The notes beneath the pieces were generated by a model that saw only the letters and a list, made by a program, of their open reading frames with translations, made no database searches and was not told the DNA's origin. Position numbers and translations under genes: made by a program. A DNA stretch of 63,996 nucleotides, the filler included, from Octopus bimaculoides (lineage: Eukaryota), in assembly GCF_001194135.2 (NCBI RefSeq). It is 7 parts of 6 records of this genome, joined end to end, with 100 filler letters (N's around TTAATTAATTAA, not from the genome) between each part and the next. Parts side by side here need not be neighbours in the genome. Positions count along the whole stretch, not along the records: positions 18,489 to 44,199 come from NC_068996.1; 6 more parts are not named here. One strand, given 5' to 3'. The first letter of the stretch is position 1; every line of letters begins with the position of its first letter. This document shows, piece after piece, positions 24,195-37,539 of the stretch.

Positions 24195-24355
24195 AATGTT
24201 TGTGCATTTACTGTATATGTATAGTGTGTGGTTATTTGTCTGTGGGTATGTTTTGACTACAATATTCATACATCATCTGAAGAACATTTTTTTTGCTGTA
24301 CGTACGACAGACATTATGCTGTAACACGTATGTGTATGATCGGATGAGGGATTCA

Positions 24356-24392
<37 letters not shown>

Positions 24393-24555
24393 ACATATAT
24401 ATATATGTGTTTGNNNNNNNNNNNNNNNNNNNNNNNNNNNNNNNNNNNNNNNNNNNNNNNNNNNNNNNNNNNCTGACTGACAGGAAAATAAATTGCTTTG
24501 CTGTTTTACTGATCAACTCTTCTCATTGCACCATTCGTTGCCATACTGCTCCCCA

Positions 24556-24934
24556 CCCTCCTCCTCCTCCTCCTCCTCCTCCTCCTCCTCCTCAAACAGA
24601 AAACAAATATGAATGTGTGGATGTGTGGTACATGCACAAATGTCTGTCTGTCTTTACACACATACGTGTCCTACTGCATGCATGCCTGCTTATATGGATG
24701 GGTGTATGTATGTGTGTGCATCCATATATGTATGCATATATATATAATGTATATGCCTATGTATGTACATGCATGTGTGTGTACGAATGTATGTATATAT
24801 ATGTATGCATGTGTGTATGTATAAATGTATATACATGTGTATGCATATGTATATATGCATGTGTATGCATATGAATGTGAATGCATGTGTATGTGTAAGT
24901 AAAGACTGCGTCTGTGTGCACATATATAAATTTG

Positions 24935-24970
<36 letters not shown>

Positions 24971-25340
24971 AGTGTGTATATCTGTGTGTGTGTGTGTGAA
25001 AAAGGAGCTGAGAGGAAGAGTGATGAAAAATAAGTGAATGAGGAAGAAGAAACGAGAAAAATATACAATGGAAGAACGACATAAAGGCATGGGATAGAAG
25101 AAAAGAAAGAGAAAGAAAACAAAGAGGGAGAAAGGGAAGAAAAAGCAGGAAGAAGAGTTGAGGGAAAGGAGGAAGGAGGTAAGAAAATAAAAATAATAAT
25201 AAAGAAATAAAAATGAATTTGGGTGGAGAAAAAGAGAAAAAAAATGTGAATCTAAGAAATAGAATTAAAGTAAGGAGGGTTGTAAAGAAGACTTTGGAAG
25301 AATGGAGAATAGGAAAGAAAGAAAGGAAAGAAAGGAAGAA
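24556..25340. repeat. Low-complexity block: (CCT)n, degenerate (TATG)n, (GA)n, purine-rich tract
   Basis: Directly visible. Confidence 0.85.
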
Positions 25341-25607
25341 AGGGAAGAATAGTGTCTCTTCTTCACTTTTTGGTCATTCATAGTTGGAAAAGAAATGAGA
25401 TTTTTTTATATTTTCACATCTTTTTTTTTGTTATAGATAAATTAATGATTGAAGCTGGAGTGGACATGGCATTTTACAGGCAATACCAAATGTGATGATG
25501 GTGATAGTGGTGGTGATGGTGAGATTAAACAAGTTAAAGAAGTGGAATCTTTGCTATAGGGATGATAAAAATGTCTAACAGTTTGGAAGGAACTCTTGTG
25601 GCACTGA

Positions 25608-25648
<41 letters not shown>

Positions 25649-26689
25649 AAGAGAGAGAGAGAGAGAGACAAAGAGAGAGAGCAGAAAGAGTGAAGGACGA
25701 GACAATTATCAGAAGAAATATTGGTTGGTAGAAAGGAAGTGGTCAATACTGGGAGATGATTGATAGAAAACACTGGGGAAAAAAGAAAATCATAAAAAAC
25801 GAAGATGGTGGGGGGAGGGGGGAGTTAGGGATTAGGAGAAGGGGAGATAACTAGGAGATTATTATTGACAAAAATGCTTGCAAATTTGAAAAGCAGAAAG
25901 AAATGGGGGAGTTAGGGTTGGAGGTAGTGGGAAGAGGGATGAAGAAGAGACTCATGGGAGTTGCTAAACTCCTTACGTATTAAGTGGATGGAATGGGAGG
26001 AATTAGCTTGAAGAATTCTGGTGAGATTTTATGTGGTTGATGGTCAGCTTGGAATATCAACAAGAAAAATACTTAAGTAGGGAATGGTGGGGTGGAGGAG
26101 GTGGGATGGAACTGAAGAGGTGAAAAGTGGTTTAGTCCAAAAGCTTGTGGAAGACTAAGCTATCATTCACAATCAAATTTGACCTGGTAGTAGAATACCA
26201 TACTCCTCTTGGCTATTCCATTCCTGAACCTTGTGAAATGGTCAGTCATGAGCGACCTATGGCATGGCAACAAAAAAATAACCTTGAGTATTTTTAATTA
26301 GTGCAGCCCATCTGATGAGGAGGAGCCATGTCTCATGCAGCACCCACGTTTTGAAAATGGTTGCCCATGCCAGAGAGAGAGAGGGGGGGTGGAGGAGAGT
26401 GGGGAGAAGGAGAGAGAGAGAGATACTCAGGTGGTACTCAGGTGAATAGACTGGAGTAATTTGAAGTGAAGTGCCTTTCTCAAAAACATAACATGCCATC
26501 CAGTCAAGGAATTGAACCCACAGTTTATATTTTACCACAGTCATAAGCTATGCACTTGATTCTGCTGGCCCCATCTAGTTTGCCTGATTCACAACACTAA
26601 TCTCATCCAGAACCATGTGGTTGGTAAGGAAGCTACTTACCACACAGCCACACCTGTGCCTACCTATATGTATGTTCACTATTTTACCC

Positions 26690-27000
26690 TCGTTCTGACC
26701 TAACGACTCTCCATGTTTGTTTTTGTTCAGTTTCCTTGTATGTCTCCACTGCCATGTTTTTGTTCCCAACTTCGACCTTCCATAAATCCAAAATTTTATT
26801 TTAGAATTTACGGGAGCAACTGTCTTTGAAGACTCATATTGTCATTGAATGCTCGAAATGAGGAGTAGATAGACAGCCGTCAACTGAGGAAGGGTTGTTT
26901 CTTTTTGTTTACTTGTCATGTTTTTCATTTTTTTTTCTTGTTTGTTTATATATTTCATGTTGTTTACACAATTGGTGACGTCCTGTACCCATATATGCAT
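26690..27000 (+). mobile_element. Penelope-like terminal repeat, degenerate
   Basis: ggagtagatagacagccgtcaactgaggaaggg matches the 14.6-kb motif ggagtagataaaataggggacaactgatgaaggg. Confidence 0.5.
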
Positions 27001-27044
27001 ATATATATATATACACACATACACTATATATTATTTACTATTTA

Positions 27045-27075
<31 letters not shown>

Positions 27076-27120
27076 CATACACACACACTATATATATTAT
27101 TTACTATATATATATATATA

Positions 27121-27862
27121 TAGCTCACTTTTGCTGTTTACAGCAGTGCTTGGAAGGAACATGTGTAGCATGTGATTGTCATACTGACCATGACAGAGAA
27201 AGTTGTCATGGCTATACCTGCTCAGAGACCTACGCAAAGTTGCAGAAAGTGTATGGAGAGATGTTTATGAGCTACATACAAATATACGAGTGGTTCAGAC
27301 ACTTCCAAGATTGCAAAAAAGATGTCGATATTGAAGAACATTCTTGGAGACCCACAACCAGCAGAACTGAGAAAGACATTGCAGATGTGCATGTAGCTGT
27401 GAGGGGAAATCATCAAATCACCATCCATGAGTTATCAGAGGATGTGCAGATTAGTTACGGTTTAGTTCAGTCCATTATCACTGAAGATTTGGGTATGAGA
27501 CATGTGACTGCCAAGTTTGTGCCCAAACTACTTTCAGCTGACCAAAAAGACACTCGGAATTCAGCTGCACAAGATCTCCTTGATTGTGTCAAGAATGATG
27601 AAAACTTTTTGAAAACTTTGTATTGGCCTCTGAGCAGGCATCACCAAACTTTTGGCAAAATTTGTTGCAGATTCTCTGCTCAACTTTCTCTGGCATGGTC
27701 AATACGATGATCACATGCTACACATGTTCCTTCCAAGCACTGCTGTAAACAGAAGTGAGCTAGAACTTAGTGCACATGCACAACAGAGTTCAAGATCAAT
27801 CTATGCCAAGCAGGTTCACTCTGTGTGCTTTAGTTTCATAGTCCAGAAAAAGTTTGTTATAT
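27121..27862 (+). mobile_element. Mariner derivative: transposase N-terminal/HTH half followed by an inverted 5' end
   Basis: ETYAKLQKVYGE...YEWFRHFQ...RPTTSRT...LGMRHVTAKFVPKLLSADQK. 27121-27203 is an inverted repeat of 27681-27762. Confidence 0.9.
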
Positions 27863-27954
27863 GGTGGGAGTAGGAAAACCTCTCTGCCAAGCCCCAGTAA
27901 TATCTGTTGTGTCTGCAAAGAAGCATGCAGTCTAAAGCTGTCGTGATGAAGAAC

Positions 27955-28165
27955 AATGCCCTTACTGTTAGCATATTGTTACAGACGATCCATTTTGAAT
28001 CCCCTGTCACCATTCTCTTCAAAAAGAGTGACCGTTTTCTTTATGCATCTGCAGCTCTTTGCAGATGGACGTTCGTTGGGTAATATTCTCCTCATTCAAT
28101 TGGTGCAGGACCTAAACATTGAGTTTACTGATATAACCAATTTGATAGTTTTCAGTGTTCAATTT
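27955..28165 (-). mobile_element. Mariner transposase fossil, second subfamily (WVPH(E)L to first catalytic Asp region)
   Basis: Minus strand reads GYISKLNV*VLHQLNEENITQRTSIC...FLKRMVTGDSKWIVCNN, matching the mariner VTGDEKW motif. Confidence 0.85.
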
Positions 28166-28173
28166 GGATATTT

Positions 28174-28560
28174 GGAGTGGCTGTGTGGTAAGAAGCTTGC
28201 TTCCCAACCACATGGTTCTGGGTTCAGTCCCACTGCGTGGCACCTTGGGCAAATGTCTTCTACTATAGCCTCAGGCCAACCAAAGCCTTGTGAATGTATT
28301 TGGTAGGTGGAAACTGAAAGAAGCCCGTCATATATACATATATGTGTATGTTTGTGTGTCTGTGTTTGTCCCCCCCACATCACTTGACAACCGATGCTGG
28401 TGTGTTTGCATCCCTGTAACTTGGTGATTCAGTGAAAGAGACTGATAGAATAAGTACTAGGCTTATGAAGAATAGGTCTTGGGGTCAGTTTGTTCGAACT
28501 AAAGGCGGTGCTCCAGCATGGCTGCAGTCGGGTGGCGGAAACAAATAAAACAATAAAAGG
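28174..28560 (+). mobile_element. SINE family B, full length
   Basis: A-box-like tggctgtgtggt, B-box-like ggttcagtccc, core ccttgggcaaatgtcttctactatagcc, an internal (TA/TG) tract, and 3' ggcggtgctccagcatggctgcagtc. Confidence 0.88.
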
Positions 28561-29443
28561 AAAAAAAAATGTATATTTGGTGAAATGATTGGCACCAGGA
28601 TGGGCATTCAGCCATAGAAATTATGCCAAAGCATACATTGGAGCTTGGCGAGGTTCTCTGACTTGGATCCTATCAAACTGTCCAACCCATATCAATAATG
28701 TAGCTAAGAGTGCTGGCCTCTGTGCGAGTGCACATGTGGAACAGCCATCCCCTTAGTCAACCTGGATAAAGGTGTCTGATGACTAATCAAAACCATTTCA
28801 ATCATGCCCATTTAAAGGTATCCTGGACCTTGTTAGTTTATGGCTTCTTCCTTTATTTAAAGCAAGCAGGGTGTAATTTGAGGGAGATTTAGTTATTATT
28901 TTGTGCCAGACCTAGTGACCACATAAAGGCTCCCTATTTACTCATGTTTGTTTGGTTTCTCCAGGGTAATGAGGGTGGTAGTGGTGGGGTTGTCTTTATT
29001 TAAAAATGAATTATAAGAACAACTGTTTTTACAGCTGGAGCCCCTGCTGTTAGGCCAACCATCAGAGCCGAGAAGAGTTCTATACCATTCTTCCTTGTTA
29101 AACACATAATGACTGTAGCAACTTTCTCTACATGAATTTCTAATTAATTCTTGAAGCATTTCAGTCTCATAGCTTACCAAATTTTGAAAAGAAGAAGCAT
29201 TTTAAATTTATGGTTCAAACTACTAGGAATAACAGTTAGATCTCCCTCAAATTACACACTACTGTATGACAAAAATTAAGAAAAATGAAAAAGGTTACTT
29301 TACATAATGTAGTTCTACATAAGCTAGGCTTGATCTGTTACTGTTTAATACCATCACCACCTGACCCCCTGGGTGCCTGTGGTGGAGTTCATTCAGTTTT
29401 GCCAACCAGGCCCCTTTGCAAGGTTAGTTAACATCTGTCTCTT

Positions 29444-29488
<45 letters not shown>

Positions 29489-29903
29489 TAAATTTAGATT
29501 CAAGGTGAATATGGTACTTAAGTTTAGGCACCAGAATTAGGTATGGTATTATCCAAACAATTCCAAAAACAAGGTGATTAAAAATCAAAATAAGATATAT
29601 ATATATAATTAATATGAAGGGTTTATTTCTCTGATGATCTAAATCAATAGGTATGCTGTGTAGGTGCTATAAATGGTCATCTGTCGGGTTCCAAGTTCAC
29701 AGCTGAGGCTGGAGCTAGGGCTCCATTGAAGTAAGCTTCTGAGTCAGCGGATATATATATATATATACACACACACATACATACATACATAGGGTGCGGC
29801 AGAAGTAACACCCTTTTGTAGTTGAGTTTTCTAATTGAGTTTCTTTGTTATTTCTTAAAACTTCTGCAACGTTTTTTCATTAGTTTATTACTTGTTTCTT
29901 TAA

Positions 29904-30124
29904 CCCTTTTGTTACTGTATTTCTGTTGAGATGATCTGTGTTTCTTTCAATTACTTTTAAATATAACAAAGAATTTAGTAAAATAACTTAGTTATCATTC
30001 AGCTAGTGTTAGGAACATAAATTGTGACTAAGGTTTGGTGGAAGATTGTAATCCAGAACTTATGAAAACAAGACATTTGTACTCAGAGCCAGAGCTGGTT
30101 TCAGCCAGGTTGGTAATGAAAGGG
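29904..30124. mobile_element. 221-bp piggyBac-type MITE
   Basis: TTAA at 29900-29903 and 30125-30128. Termini are CCC...GGG, and the TIRs cccttttgttac / gtaatgaaaggg pair 10/12. Confidence 0.85.
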
Positions 30125-31439
30125 TTAAGCAATGCAATAAATTTGTGTTCAATAAAAAATTACTTAAAAACATTTATATACTATAAAAGTTATTAAAGGC
30201 AAAAAGGGCGTTACTTCTACTGCATCCTGCATATATATATNNNNNNNNNNNNNNNNNNNNNNNNNNNNNNNNNNNNNNNNNNNNNNNNNNNNNNNNNNNN
30301 NNNNNNNNNNNNNNNNNNNNNNNNNNNNNNNNNNNNNNNNNNNNNNNNNNNNNNNNNNNNNNNNNNNNNNNNNNNNNNNNNNNNNNNNNNNNNNNNNNNN
30401 NNNNNNNNNNNNNNNNNNNNNNNNNNNNNNNNNNNNNNNNNNNNNNNNNNNNNNNNNNNNNNNNNNNNNNNNNNNNNNNNNNNNNNNNNNNNNNNNNNNN
30501 NNNNNNNNNNNNNNNNNNNNNNNNNNNNNNNNNNNNNNNNNNNNNNNNNNNNNNNNNNNNNNNNNNNNNNNNNNNNNNNNNNNNNNNNNNNNNNNNNNNN
30601 NNNNNNNNNNNNNNNNNNNNNNNNNNNNNNNNNNNNNNNNNNNNNNNNNNNNNNNNNNNNNNNNNNNNNNNNNNNNNNNNNNNNNNNNNNNNNNNNNNNN
30701 NNNNNNNNNNNNNNNNNNNNNNNNNNNNNNNNNNNNNNNNNNNNNNNNNNNNNNNNNNNNNNNNNNNNNNNNNNNNNNNNNNNNNNNNNNNNNNNNNNNN
30801 NNNNNNNNNNNNNNNNNNNNNNNNNNNNNNNNNNNNNNNNNNNNNNNNNNNNNNNNNNNNNNNNNNNNNNNNNNNNNNNNNNNNNNNNNNNNNNNNNNNN
30901 NNNNNNNNNNNNNNNNNNNNNNNNNNNNNNNNNNNNNNNNNNNNNNNNNNNNNNNNNNNNNNNNNNNNNNNNNNNNNNNNNNNNNNNNNNNNNNNNNNNN
31001 NNNNNNNNNNNNNNNNNNNNNNNNNNNNNNNNNNNNNNNNNNNNNNNNNNNNNNNNNNNNNNNNNNNNNNNNNNNNNNNNNNNNNNNNNNNNNNNNNNNN
31101 NNNNNNNNNNNNNNNNNNNNNNNNNNNNNNNNNNCTTCAATGCCATAGCAACCAAGGTAGGCAGGTGCAGCCCATCCCAACCTTTGGGTTGGCTGGTGCC
31201 CATTCTCCTTTGCTATCATGAGGCTTTTTTGGAGCTGGATTTTCTACAAGGAGCATGCCCTTGCTTACCCCCAACTTCAGTTTCTAGACAGGAGTGGTCC
31301 TGAGATCAAGACCTCTACCATGATTTTTAAGAAATGTGGTGGAAAACTAGCTCAAGAAGGCAGGGACGCTACTCCCTGAGATCCCTTTTGAAGCCCCCCC
31401 CCCACTTTATATTACAGTATTTTATGATGTATTATTTAC

Positions 31440-32345
31440 AGCTACATTTGTATTCAAGTGACTTTGTAAAAAATATTTGTATCTTGAAGGATAAGCAGAA
31501 TAGTTGTCCCAGAATATCAACATCTTACACCTGACAGCTGGTCCTTGTTCTCTGCTATGAATATGAAGCTGCTTGTACAAAATGTTTGTTAAAGTTATCA
31601 GATAAAATGACCCCTCAGTAACCCATGTCTTTTTACTGATAATGCAGGAGTAGTAATCTGTTCACACCTTTAAAACAACGAAACTGCTGACTTTTGACTA
31701 CCACAGTATGTTTACACTTCTGGATGCCCATTACATCAGCACACCCAAGGACAGGTAATTAATTTTTGGCAGCTCATGCAGTCAATCTCTCATCGATTGT
31801 TGAAAAGGTTTTCTTGAAGTAATAATGCCCGAACAATGCTGTTTCATCAATATTATACAATTATTCTGCTGGTAGATTTTTCATCATTGATGATCTTTGC
31901 AAAGTCATCAATCAATTTCTTGGCTGTTTTATAATCAGCAAATGCTTTATCATCAGAATTCCTTAAATATTTAATGCTTTGCTTATTCTTAAATTTTTGC
32001 TATCAATTGCAAAGGTTCAGTTACCTTCTAAATACATTTCGTTAAGTGGACCATGTTCACTGACGCTGAAGAATCTGCCATTAAGATACAATCAATATCT
32101 TCATTATCTTGTTCTATGCAATGATTTTATATTCTTCATTTATTCCAGTTCATCATAGAACCATTTGCCCTTCTGTTTCTTATATTGTTCTAATGCATGT
32201 TGTAATGCCAAACTTTTCAGTTAGATACTGCATATTTACATTGCTGTCAAGAAATCAAATTCTTGTAGTATTGATAAATATAAATGCTCTCCTTTTTTCT
32301 TTTCACTGTCATCCAGAGGGGTTTCTGCAGGTCTTTTTGATGTTT
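31440..32345 (-). mobile_element. pogo/Tigger (CENP-B/Jerky-like) transposase fossil
   Basis: Minus strand, across stops and frameshifts: SKRPAETPLDDSEKKKGEHLYLSI (N-terminus); NIDETALF (first Asp, 31829-31860); KCKHTVVVKSQQFRCFKGV; CKMLIFWDNYSAYP (second Asp, 31489-31531). Confidence 0.8.
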
Positions 32346-32429
32346 CCAACAGAGAGTAGAACACAAAATGTGTTATGTACACACGACAATGTTGCAATGA
32401 TGGCTTTGACAATAAACTGGCATCAGCTG

Positions 32430-32782
32430 GGCTGGGCAAGTCCAACCTATGATTGGCACCTGTGCTGGTGGAATGTAAAAAGTACCATTTGAGAACGGTT
32501 GATGCTAGTGCTGCCTGACTGGTCCTGTGCCAGTGGCATGTAAAAAGCACCATTCAAGCATGGCTGATGCCAGTACCGCTTGACTGGCCCTTGTGCCAGT
32601 GGCATGTAAAAGGCGCTCACTACACTCTTGGAGTGGTTGGCATTAGGAAGGGCATCCAGCTGTAGAAACATTGCCAGATTGGATTAGAGCCTGGTGCAGC
32701 CTTCTGGCTTGCCAGTTCCCAGTCAAACCATCCAACTCATGTCAGCATGGAAAAGGATGTTAAACGATGATGATGATAATGA
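32430..32782 (+). mobile_element. RTE LINE 3' UTR modules and tail
   Basis: Two full and one partial gccagt...actggc...gtggcatgtaaaa modules, followed by the standard tail and (GAT)n. Confidence 0.85.
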
Positions 32783-35700
32783 CTTTAGAGAGAGAGAGGG
32801 CTGAAAGATGAAGGTGACTCTAGCAGGACTTCAACATGAAACTGAGGTGGAAGACAGCAAGATACTCCGTATGCTTTCTTCTGATTCAGCCATTACTCAA
32901 AGTCGTCAAAGTACTCCTTATTCTTAGGATCATAATTGGTTACAAATCTCTTCTGATTATCTATAGTTTGATCAATGTTATGTAGTAGTTAAAGGTAGAC
33001 TGTTGATAGAACTATGAAAATATCATTTGGAATGTTTCACAGTATTTCTTCTAACTCACTGCATTCTGAGTTCACACCCAACTAAGGTCAACTTTATCTT
33101 TCATCTCATGGTGCTTGTACCAGTCAAGTACTTTGTTGCTTCTGTCAGTCTCTCCCAATATTGCTATGTTGCACTGAGAGAGATATTGCGGGTACCAGTC
33201 CCAGGGTACCTTCCTCCAGAAATGGAATTAGCTTGAACAGGCATCCATCAGCCTCTTTTCATAAGCTACTAGAACCATCCAGAAAAAGTCCTATTTTGAG
33301 ATGAGCGTGAAGCAGAAAATAAGATCCAACAACCTAGGGTACATGACCCAGGGTAGTACACACCCTCTCAAGAAATCAGTAATTCATGTCCTATCAATAG
33401 CACTGTGTATGGATCTGAAGTCATGGTATTTGGTGACCCAAGGTGGCCCATCGTTGGAAGCAGCAGCGAAGTAGAATAAAAAATTAAAATTTTATTATTG
33501 GTTTGGAGAAAAGAGTTCAGTTCTCCCAACAGGAAAACAAATGTGCAATGCAGAGGTCCTCAAATGTTGCATCACTGACTGGGTTCTCATAGTTTTTAAA
33601 AATACAATTTAGGGCCTCAGTAAATTTACATAAATATTTGATTGTCTTGAAACCCATGTTATTCATAAATTTGTTTTGCCCATCAAGTAGGTTCAACAAC
33701 ACAAATCAAGCAATAATATAGAAAATTTCTAAAGAAACCTAGTTTCTTTTTCTGCTAAGAACAACAATTTTTGTTGTACACCTGAGTGCTGTATATAATA
33801 ATCTCATTATTATTCTTTTAATGCCTGTTGTGAAGCTGCTTTCACAAGTTATCTTATATTCAAAGGTTTTATATTTCTTGTACCCAATAGACTATATCTA
33901 ATTCTTTCTACTCTTCTACTGATAAATAAAATGAAGTAAATGATATTTTTCTCTCTATTTTTGTAAATATTTAAACTTTAAAACAATTTTGTTTTACTTT
34001 TCATAGTGCACCAATATTTGATCTCCATAGTTTAATGTGTATACACACACACAACATACACTACACACACTCAAACCTACACAAACAGATTCACAAACAT
34101 ATACAGACACATAAATGTAGACTCACACACAAAAACTTTTAGTCAAGTGGAAAGGCAGTACCACTGACCTCTTACAGGGTCCCTGAGACTGGAAGGGAGG
34201 GAGGGAGGACTGTATCCTGAAACCAGAGATCTGCTCCAAATGCTTGCAACAGAATGGATTCTGTTAAAGACATCCAAAATGCCAGGTGGTATTGTTAAAC
34301 CAGGTGATAGATGAAGTTTACCATGGAATACCATGGTAGGATTTGAACTCAGAGTGCAGAGAATTGGAACAAGTATTGTGAGGCATTCCATCTGATGATC
34401 CAACACCTGCCATATTGTCATGTATAAAAAAACATTTATAGATATACACACAACATACACATGCTTACACACACACACACACATGCATATACACACATAC
34501 ATACATAGACATATGCACACATCTACATTTACACACATATAAATACATATAGGCACACACACACTTCATCATTCATTCACCAATTGTATTTGCTCCAGGA
34601 AGAGATTAGTCTCTCATCCAATTATGATATCAGAAACTAGAGATAGACACCAGTTGCATGGGTTCTTGAGATACATACCAGTTCCATGGATTCTTGAGAT
34701 TTGGTAAAAGGATTTGCTATCAATATTCTTAAGCTGATCCAATCAACTTCAGCACACCCTCTGGAAAATTGGTTTTGTGCCAAATGCAAAACTATCTCAT
34801 TAAAGAGTAGTTCAAAAATAATTTCTCTAAACACCTGCACAATCATTTTGAAGAATTTGAAATTCTTTGGGAGGGCTTTTGGAAAAAGATTCTCGTGTGA
34901 TTATGTGTTATATATAAATATGAACTTATTTCACACACGCTCATACATTTGATTGTATATACATACACATGTATACATATATTTACACATATATGTGCAC
35001 ACATATATACAGATACATGCATACATATATGTATACATGTACACAAATATTCACATCTTTGCATACACACATGTATATAAATATATACACATACACAATC
35101 ATACACGCATATACACGTTTACACATTCACATATGCATATAAACACGTTTACACATAAACATGCATATAGACACTCATACACATGCACACATACAATCAT
35201 ATGTGCATACATACATGCATTTTCTCTTTCCCCACTTTTGTTGGTTTTGGTCATGTGACTGTGACCATGCTGGGGCACCAAATTATGTAGACTCTAGCCT
35301 TTACCTCAGTCTGATAAAATAACAACCACACTGGGATTGGTAGTAAACAGCCAGTAAGAATAAAATATAACACACGCACACACTCATACATACATATACA
35401 TACATATATATATATATGCATACATACAATACATACACATAGATGTACACATATGTATACACAGAACTATATATGCACACACATTTATATACATACATAT
35501 ATGTGTGTGTGTGTGCGTGCGCGCCAGCACACACAAACATATTACACTCCTTTTGTACACAGAAACTCCTCCTCCTCCTCCTCCATAGCTGTTTAGTTTA
35601 ATCTCAATGTAGGATTAAACTCAAGAAAATGCACACCCCAGTTTTGAAATGATGAAAAATTATATGTTTGGTATCTGTTAAAAATGCTTCCAGTAAACTG

Positions 35701-36959
35701 TAAGAACTTAAAAAGGTTAATGAAGCACATATGATACCCAAGATGAAGTGCCTTACCATTTCTTTCAAAAGAAGAAAACCTTTGTTATCAGCATGTATAA
35801 AGTTTCAACTCCTTCCACATCTGGTAATGCTTCCATGCTACAGCTTTACTTTGAAACTGAATTTTATATACATATATGGGTATATATATGTATAGTTGTG
35901 TGCATGTGTGTGTGTGTGTGTGTGCATGTGGTGTGTGTGTGTGTGCATGCGTGTGAGTGTGTGTGTGCATGTGCATGTGTGTGCGTTATCTTTTCTATTT
36001 TTAATTTCTAAGAAAATTTGTTCAACTAAATGAACTCTAGTGTGTTTAGAATCAAAATGGTAAGTTTATTCTTTGATAAATGGTATTCACTTTGTAGAAA
36101 AAAATATTGGCTTCGTCTGTTTTATACAAATTCTTCCATTCAATAATTCTCATCTTTGAAAAACTTAATTTAAAAAAAAAATTATTTTTCTTTTAAAATC
36201 TGAATTTTTAAAAATTTCTATTTTTTCAAGTTATGTTTACTATAAATATCATTTGAAAACATCATCATCATCATCATTCTGTCATGCTACAGTCAAGACA
36301 GTAGTATCACCACCACTAGTATCGTTTTGCTCCATTGTCATCATCATCATCATCGTCAACTGCTCTGCTCTCTATGACAGTCAGACTTCCACCACCACCA
36401 CCACCACCACCACCACCACATTACAACAACTATCATCCTATCATCGCTGTTGCCAACCAATATTAATGATGAACACCACCAAAAAATAAATTGTTGGACT
36501 AGTGGCTCTCATAGGTTTTGAGTTCAAATCAAGCGTTGTGTTTTAATTGTACATTTTCTAAGACTGTTTACAAAGTTTAATGGATCCCTCATTTGGTTTT
36601 GACGATAAGGATTCAGTTGTTTGATCTCAACCTACCTCAGAATTATCATGTAAGTGGCTGAGTATTCCACAGACGCATGGACCCTTAATGTTGTCCCAGG
36701 GTAGAGACAACATGACACTATGTATGATGACATTCACCCGATGGGATGCTATATAGTTTCCATCTATTCAGTTACACTCACAAAAGACAAAAGGTCAACC
36801 TGAAGTCATGGGAAATGACATTCAGTGGGATTGATCCAAAGAACTTGTGGTTGTGAAGTGAATTTCTTAAACATTCAGTCATGCAGTGTTGGCACCGTTC
36901 ACCTGGATATTGGGAACAGGTTTGAGGTCTTTTGAGAATGGCCCAGGGAGAGAATATGA

Positions 36960-37435
36960 ATATTGGAGAAATAATAAAGTTTTACACTGGAAACTTCCTC
37001 AAAACTAGAGGTTTGAAGCAGGAAGTACATGGTACAAAGAATAGAAATAGTACTTGAGCGAGAAAAGTGCAAGATTTTATGGGATCTTCTCACTGAAAGG
37101 GATAAGAAGATAGAACATAAGTCAGATATAACAGACAAGGAATATTGAATTTGCTTACTGATTGATTCATCGTGTCCATATGATACTAGGACTGTGATGG
37201 AAGCAGATGAAAAGTTGGAAATAATACAACCTCCTTAAGATTTTGAGATTTCAAGGATTTGAAACATGAAATCTGTAAAGATTGTACCTGTAATAATTGG
37301 TGCATTAGGGACTGTGAGTAATGATATAGATAAATGATTGAAGGAGCTTGGAATGGAATGTCCTGTGAAGCATCTACAAAAGGTTTGCCTCTTAGGAACT
37401 GGAAAAATGATCAGAAGAGTTTTAAGCACTTGATG
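36960..37435 (+). mobile_element. R4/Dong-like LINE C-terminal REL-endonuclease fossil
   Basis: KILWDLL...LIDSSCPYD...KIVPVIIGALGTV...LQKVCLLGTGKMIRRVLST*. (AAT)n follows downstream. Confidence 0.8.
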
Positions 37436-37539
37436 ACATAGTGAAATTGTGGATATCAAAGGTTACAGCTAGTAATCTGCAACCCACATAGATTCTACCA
37501 GGAATAATACCAATCCTAAGTTGAATAATGATAATAATA

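Noticed and set aside
28174-28250. tRNA-like A/B boxes in the SINE heads
   Set aside because: There is no complete cloverleaf, and each continues into a SINE body, so these are not tRNA genes.
28938-29180. 80-aa Cys/Ser-rich minus-strand ORF (ETEMLQELIRNSC...)
   Set aside because: There is no recognisable domain or convincing splice acceptor, and the length is compatible with chance.
33517-33702. 61-aa minus-strand ORF (LLNLLDGQNKF...)
   Set aside because: It begins right after a stop with no acceptor or ATG, and I recognise no homology.
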